A stretch of 13,388 nucleotides of DNA from Candidatus Bathyarchaeia archaeon (GTDB lineage: Archaea > Thermoproteota > Bathyarchaeia > Bathyarchaeales > Bathycorpusculaceae), in NCBI GenBank assembly GCA_050012755.1, contig JBEKGO010000049.1, forward strand, positions 1 to 13,388, given 5' to 3'. The position numbers and the translations under genes are program-made. Positions within the stretch are counted from its first letter, which is position 1. Every line of letters begins with the position of its first letter. The notes under the pieces were generated by a model that ran no database searches, was not told the origin of the DNA, and was given only the letters and a program-made list of their open reading frames with translations. Below are positions 8,423 through 13,388 of the stretch, in pieces.

Positions 8423-8896
8423 ATGAATTACAGGAAATTTGTGAAGAACAGTAAAGCCATTTCACCCATATTCGCAACTCTTATTCTAATTGCAATTGCA
8501 GTTATCGCTGGAGTAGTCGTTTACATGTTTACAAGCGGAACATTAGCAACCATGACTGGAGGCGGAACAGCAGCACAAGAAAAAGTAGCCGTCCAAGGCA
8601 TCACATATAATAGTACTGCTGTAACAACAACCACACCTACTATAGCTGTTTATGCCCAGAATACTGGAACAGGTACAGTAACAATCAATGGCATGATAAT
8701 TAAAGATTCTAACGGAAACACAGTTCAATCTGCTATATGGCCCGCTCTTGCTACATCCTTCGCAAGCCAGCCTCTTAATGCAAACAGTTTAACAAGCATA
8801 ACTGGCATTGTAAATGCGTTAGCTCCAGGTACTTATACTGTTACCTTGTCAACTACAAAGGGTGGAAGTTTCGTATCTAGCTCATTTGTAGTATAA
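8423..8896 (+). CDS. Archaeal type IV pilin (probable major pilin, copy 2; 157 aa)
   Basis: Class III signal MNYRKFVKNSKA|ISPIFATLILIAIAVIAG; first 43 mature residues identical to pilin 1. Confidence 0.92.
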   Translation: MNYRKFVKNSKAISPIFATLILIAIAVIAGVVVYMFTSGTLATMTGGGTAAQEKVAVQGITYNSTAVTTTTPTIAVYAQNTGTGTVTINGMIIKDSNGNTVQSAIWPALATSFASQPLNANSLTSITGIVNALAPGTYTVTLSTTKGGSFVSSSFVV

Positions 8897-8906
8897 GAAT
8901 CATAAA

Positions 8907-8942
8907 AGGGATTTTATCACCCTAATTTTTTATTTAACTTTT
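8907..8942 (+). terminator. Weak hairpin plus T tracts after pilin 2
   Basis: AGGG-attttatca-CCCT then ATTTTTTATTT; recognisably similar to the pilin 1 terminator. Confidence 0.55.
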
Positions 8943-9455
8943 CAAAAGATCATTCATAGTCATTAATAGTTTACGTAGTTTTGGTTGCTTTCATTTCTTT
9001 ATCTTTGGTGCAAATTTCTCAGGCGTTTCTTTGCTTTCATTCAGGTTTCTTGCTTTAGCTTCTGCCAAACCCAACTCGTTTTCAAAGAGCAACCTTCCAG
9101 ATTGATTTTACGAATAGTAATGTCTTTTTGTAATTAGCTTTGCGCTTGTTTTTCGGAGGATTGAGGTGAGTTTGTTATTTTTCCGAATAATTAAACAAGG
9201 GTATTTCTTAATTGACCAAAAATGCTATGCCACGCCATCTTTTTTAGAATTAAATAATTCTATAAAGACAAATGAGTGTTACGAAATTAGAAATAATGTT
9301 TTTAACTAAGTGACATCCGTATAGTTTTGTGTATTTAGAATAAACATGGTTTATTAGTAAACTCTGTAAATTAAATGTTGGAATAGATAAAGAATGAAGT
9401 TTCAGCTAGATTCCTGTAAAACACTAAGAGGAAAATCATTAAGGTAAACTGTTAG

Positions 9456-10001
9456 GTGCGGTATTTGGGAAAACGTGGTATTTGGTTGCACAATAAGCGT
9501 GCGCTTAGTCCAATATTTGCTACTGTGTTGTTAGCTACGATTATAATTATTTTTGGTTCCGTGGCTTATTATTATGCTACCAATCTAACTAATACTGCTA
9601 CAAACAATTACGTGAATAATGTGGCCAATAGTCAGCAATCTATGTCTGAGAGGATAGGCTTTGAAAACGTCGTTTACAATAATCAATCTAATCCTCAGAC
9701 ATTGACGGTTTCCATCGTTAATTATGGAAGCGCGAATAACGTAAAAATCGACACGGTATTCCTCTATAACTCAAGTCATAACATAGTGCCAGGGTCTCCT
9801 TATTCTGGTCCAACAACAGTATTCACCTTGTATCCTGTTGACGGGGGAACACCTACACCAACACCAATTGCAAGTCTCAACACGGGGCAGGAAGCATACT
9901 TTACCATCATAATGCAGGGTCCTCCTCTAAACTCTGGACTTTACACTATTCATTTAATTACAGAAAGTGGGAGCTATTTTGACTATGAATTTACACTTTA
10001 A
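9456..10001 (+). CDS. Type IV pilin-like protein (probable minor pilin; 181 aa)
   Basis: HNKRA|LSPIFATVLLATIIIIFGSVAYYY class III signal; SERI, NYG and terminal YTIHLITESGSYF motifs parallel pilins 1 and 2; GTG start is uncertain. Confidence 0.85.
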   Translation: MRYLGKRGIWLHNKRALSPIFATVLLATIIIIFGSVAYYYATNLTNTATNNYVNNVANSQQSMSERIGFENVVYNNQSNPQTLTVSIVNYGSANNVKIDTVFLYNSSHNIVPGSPYSGPTTVFTLYPVDGGTPTPTPIASLNTGQEAYFTIIMQGPPLNSGLYTIHLITESGSYFDYEFTL

Positions 10002-13000
10002 GTTGCGAAGAAACAAGAAAGGCATAGGCACAGTTTTCGCAATGGTGTTTTTCTTACTAATAGTTATGGTTGTTTTTGCGAGTTTCATGATTATTCTTAA
10101 TCGAAACACTGGTCTCGAACAGACAGTTACGCAGGCTAGGCAATTGGATCAAGATAAAGCAAATGAACAAATAACAATCAATGGTCAAGCGAATTATGCG
10201 AGCGCAAATACAGTAACTGTTAGCATTCTTATGCTTAACAATACTGGAACAGTACCAGTTCAACTAATCCGTCTGTGGGTTCAAGATATCCCTCCAAATG
10301 GTAACATCGGAAACATCGGAAACTTGTCACTTGCAAACCCACAATCGAACATCATATTAGCACCAGGCGGCAATTGGAGTGGTAGTTTTTCTGTCATCGT
10401 GCCAGGCTCTGGGTCTGGTGACTCATTCAGATTTTGGTTCGAAACTGCACGAGGCAACCAGTTTACACTCCAGCCGTCGAACGGAGGAACACAATCGAGC
10501 GGAGGATTATCTCAAGCTGACATTAACCAAGCTCTTTCAAAAGTGTTGGGTGAATTTCTCCCAAATTTTAATTCCGTCCAATGGGCACAGATTGACCCCG
10601 ACACAGGGGTAGTAATCGGACAATGGAATGCCGGTTGGCAACTACCAACAACCGAAACTCCCTACCAGCACGGCATCATGACCGTTTGGAAAGTTGACTT
10701 GATCTATTACGGCAATACCACAATGACCATAGGTCCAAATACTAGCCTTTCTTGGACTCCATTAAACGCCCATGACCGAGAGACGGATGAACCCTTCATG
10801 TGTTATATAGTTAATTTCAACGGCAACCAAATAAGTAATTTTCCGCTCTCTGGAATGCAAATCCAGCCTTCACCGAATGGAACTCCAGTCACTCTGTACT
10901 TAGGTGCGGAAGATGAATTCAGTACGGGTCCAGCTCCGATGGGTTCAATTAATAATTATAATCATTCTGGAACTTTGCTCGGCATGGAAGATGAAGACGA
11001 AATTAGCGATGGCGCCAGTATGACTTTGAATATTTACTCAGAATCTCCAGGTACCTACGCGCAATCCTTCCCGTTGTATATCGTTGGAACCCGAACATAC
11101 AGCATTTCCATAAATCCAACCATCGGCAACGTAGGCAGCACAGTAACGGTCACAGGCACAGGCTTTGACAATAATAAAATAGTAACTTTAGCCTATGATG
11201 GAGTGACACAAGCGACATCCCCGACAACTATAACCACTGGTGCCGGTAATTGGCCGGATGGAGGTTTCACTGCAACTTTCACCGTTCCAGCTTCCACAGC
11301 TGGTGGTCATGTCGTGATGGCAACCGATGCCGACTTTAATTCTGCTATTTACACCTTCACCGTTATTCCCAATCTCATTATAACTCCAACGCAGGGTCCC
11401 AATGGCACCTCTGTTACAGCAAGCGTAACGGGCTTCTCCGCCAACTCAAATGTAAACATGATTTTTGGAGGAGCACCACTATCAACAACTCCAACACCGA
11501 TTACAACAGACATTACCGGTTCATTCAACAATGCAATATTCGCTGTTCCAAACTCAGCCGCAGGCAGCTATTTTGTTAATGCCACTGACACCCACACTAA
11601 CACTGACTACGCCACCTTCACCGTAGTCGCCTCCACGATTTCTCTCAACCCATCAAGCGGAATCATTGGGACCACAGTCACGGTGAGTGGGTCAAACTTT
11701 TTGCCTAATTTACCATTGACTGTTACTTACGACGGTGCCACAGTTGCTATGTCTACATCCACGGGTTCAGGTGCAGTTCCTTCCGGAGTAACATTCTCTG
11801 TTCCGCCATCAACGTTCGGCAGTCATGCAGTGAGGGTGACTGACGGATATGGCAATTATGCCCAGGTCACTTTCAGTGTAACCGCTTCAGTAAGCCTAAA
11901 CCCACAAAACGGTCCTGTAGGCACTCCAGTCACAGTTACCGGTCAGGGTTTCGGTCCTTCCAAGACCATAACTATAACCTTTGCTGCTTCACCAGTTGCA
12001 ACATCTCCTTCGCCAATCACGACGGATAACTCTGGCTCTTTCGTTGCATCATTCACTGTTCCAGCAGGTTCCACAACTTCTTCTATTGCCGGAGCAAAGA
12101 CGGTACAGGCAAATGATGGCTCAAATTCTGCTAGCAACACTTTCACAGTTACTCCATTCATTACACTTAATCCCACCAGCGGAAACACTGGCACTGTGGT
12201 CACAGTTTCAGGAACGGGTTACGGCCCCTTAAAGACAGTAACGATCAAGTATAGTTCGTCAACAATGACGACTACACCTGGAACAGTTACTACTACTCCT
12301 TATGGCACGTTCAGCTGCACTTTCACTGTGCCGGCTTCAGTGGCTGGTGGACATGTGGTTCTGGCGAGTGATAGTGCTTCGCCTTCTAACTCTGCCTCTG
12401 CATCATTCACTGTTGCCCCAAATATTACTCTGAATCCAACCAGCGGTAAAGTTGGTTCCACTGTTACGGTTACTGGTACAGGTTTTGCCGCTAATTCGCT
12501 TCTTTCAGCTACTTTTGGCGGCTCATCCGTTACTCTTAGCGGGACTCATACTACTGACGGATCTGGTAATCTTCCATCTGGTATGACGTTTACGGTGCCT
12601 GCTTCTATTGCGGGTGCTCAACAAGTTGTTGTCACTGATGCCAGTTCTAACAATGACTTCGCCACCTTCACGGTAACTTCAGCTGTTACTGTTAATCCAA
12701 CGAGTGGTAATGTTGGTTCGTCCGTTACGGTGTCTGGAACGGGCTTTGCGCCTTCTTCAACCGTCACAATAACCTACGACGGAACGACACAAGCAACTTC
12801 CCCGGCTACGGTTACCGCTGGTTTGTCTGGATCTTTCAGTGCAACGATTGCTGTTCCCGCGTCAGTTGTTGGGGCTCATACTGTTGGAGCAAGTGACGGC
12901 GTCAATTCTGGCTCTGCCACCTTTACTGTTACGCAATCTATTAGTTTGAGTCCATCCTCTGGAATAGTTGGGTCAACGGTTACTGTGTCTGGGTCTGGCT

Positions 13001-13388
13001 TTGCTGCTTCCAAGACGGTGACAGTAAAGTTTGTCAGCACAACTATGGTGACTGTTCCTTCTACTGTCACAAGTGATGCTTACGGGTCTTTCAGTTGCAC
13101 CTTTACGGTTCCAGCCGCCATTAACGGTGGCAACACGGTGACTGCAACCGACGCTAGCGCTAATGCTGCGACTGCTACGTTTACTGTTAACCCAGCTATC
13201 ACTTTGAGTCCGACTAGCGGCAACGTGGGTATAACGGTTACTGTGTCGGGAACAGGCTTTACGGGATCTTCGGCATTGACCGCGAAATTTAACGGTGTGT
13301 CAGTTAGTCTTGGCGGTACAACTAGTACGGGTGCTACTGGTTCGTTTGCTGGTGCGACGTTTACTGTTCCAGCTTCTGCTGTTGGAGC
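9985..13388 (+). CDS. Giant pilin-like adhesin (>1134 aa, 3' end outside window): pilin domain, unique domain, >=9 IPT/TIG-like Ig repeats
   Basis: Hand translation has no stop from ATG 9985 to the edge. Starts MNLHFKLRRNKKG|IGTVFAMVFFLLIVMVVFASFMIIL; pilin head ends FRFWFETARGNQF (~aa 160); repeats begin at aa ~373. Overlaps the upstream pilin gene by 17 nt. Confidence 0.9.
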   Translation, partial: MNLHFKLRRNKKGIGTVFAMVFFLLIVMVVFASFMIILNRNTGLEQTVTQARQLDQDKANEQITINGQANYASANTVTVSILMLNNTGTVPVQLIRLWVQDIPPNGNIGNIGNLSLANPQSNIILAPGGNWSGSFSVIVPGSGSGDSFRFWFETARGNQFTLQPSNGGTQSSGGLSQADINQALSKVLGEFLPNFNSVQWAQIDPDTGVVIGQWNAGWQLPTTETPYQHGIMTVWKVDLIYYGNTTMTIGPNTSLSWTPLNAHDRETDEPFMCYIVNFNGNQISNFPLSGMQIQPSPNGTPVTLYLGAEDEFSTGPAPMGSINNYNHSGTLLGMEDEDEISDGASMTLNIYSESPGTYAQSFPLYIVGTRTYSISINPTIGNVGSTVTVTGTGFDNNKIVTLAYDGVTQATSPTTITTGAGNWPDGGFTATFTVPASTAGGHVVMATDADFNSAIYTFTVIPNLIITPTQGPNGTSVTASVTGFSANSNVNMIFGGAPLSTTPTPITTDITGSFNNAIFAVPNSAAGSYFVNATDTHTNTDYATFTVVASTISLNPSSGIIGTTVTVSGSNFLPNLPLTVTYDGATVAMSTSTGSGAVPSGVTFSVPPSTFGSHAVRVTDGYGNYAQVTFSVTASVSLNPQNGPVGTPVTVTGQGFGPSKTITITFAASPVATSPSPITTDNSGSFVASFTVPAGSTTSSIAGAKTVQANDGSNSASNTFTVTPFITLNPTSGNTGTVVTVSGTGYGPLKTVTIKYSSSTMTTTPGTVTTTPYGTFSCTFTVPASVAGGHVVLASDSASPSNSASASFTVAPNITLNPTSGKVGSTVTVTGTGFAANSLLSATFGGSSVTLSGTHTTDGSGNLPSGMTFTVPASIAGAQQVVVTDASSNNDFATFTVTSAVTVNPTSGNVGSSVTVSGTGFAPSSTVTITYDGTTQATSPATVTAGLSGSFSATIAVPASVVGAHTVGASDGVNSGSATFTVTQSISLSPSSGIVGSTVTVSGSGFAASKTVTVKFVSTTMVTVPSTVTSDAYGSFSCTFTVPAAINGGNTVTATDASANAATATFTVNPAITLSPTSGNVGITVTVSGTGFTGSSALTAKFNGVSVSLGGTTSTGATGSFAGATFTVPASAVG
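11101..13388 (+). repeat. Coding tandem array of ~85-90-aa Ig-like domains (8 complete, 1 partial)
   Basis: Consensus ITLNPTSGxVGSTVTVSGTGF...GSF..TFTVPAS.AG.H.V.ATD...N...ATFTV; units start near 11101, 11368, 11635, 11887, 12157, 12421, 12682, 12937, 13195. Confidence 0.9.

Larger units (their letters stand above)
7781..8587 (+). repeat. 123-nt near-perfect direct repeat (7781-7903 and 8465-8587) between the two pilin genes
   Basis: Hand alignment gives 119/123 identity, all four differences synonymous; the first 44 nt are identical. Confidence 0.9.

Noticed and set aside
7745-8896. Pilin pair as a DGR template/variable repeat or silent antigenic cassette
   Set aside because: Differences are not adenine-specific, no reverse transcriptase is present, and both copies have full expression signals.
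9166-9309. 47-codon GTG ORF preceded by GGAGGA
   Set aside because: No recognisable features and it overlaps the probable promoter of the minor pilin; cannot be supported.
7745-10100. Calling the class III proteins archaellins (KKGIGTVF resembles archaellin GIGTLI)
   Set aside because: SPIFAT-type N-termini and short heads fit pilins; the archaellin helix consensus does not continue and no arlF/G/H/I/J genes are in the window.
10303-10323. 9-nt tandem AACATCGGA x2.3 in the giant pilin
   Set aside because: In-frame slippage duplication, too short to be a phase-variation tract.
6673-13070. ORFs 6673+, 7192-, 8543-, 10057-, 10379+, 11349-, 11943-, 11981+, 12876-
   Set aside because: Antisense or out-of-frame overlaps of well supported genes, mostly the long 9985 ORF.

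Overview
AT-rich archaeal DNA; the gene families suggest Bathyarchaeia or a related TACK lineage (inferred). It is a cell-surface locus with a regulatory centre. Right arm (+ strand): four class III signal-peptide (type IV pilin-like) genes. Two are tandemly duplicated small pilins with identical N-terminal helices and divergent heads, one is a minor pilin, and one is a >1134-aa pilin-adhesin fusion (9985 to the window end, absent from the ORF track) with at least 9 Ig-like IPT/TIG-type repeats in an apparent three-domain super-repeat. Centre/left (- strand): a divergent TFB (TFIIB) paralogue with a shortened B-reader/linker and altered BRE-recognition helix, then a Cys-rich protein and a 743-aa membrane-anchored Ig-repeat surface protein. 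Also present: several small Cys-rich ORFs (two share a motif), a DUF3227/NitrOD5-like protein, and a probable PD-(D/E)XK nuclease-fold gene cut by the left edge (also absent from the ORF track). I found no pilus ATPase, prepilin peptidase, RNA gene, CRISPR array or transposase. All family calls are by-eye motif recognition, not database searches.
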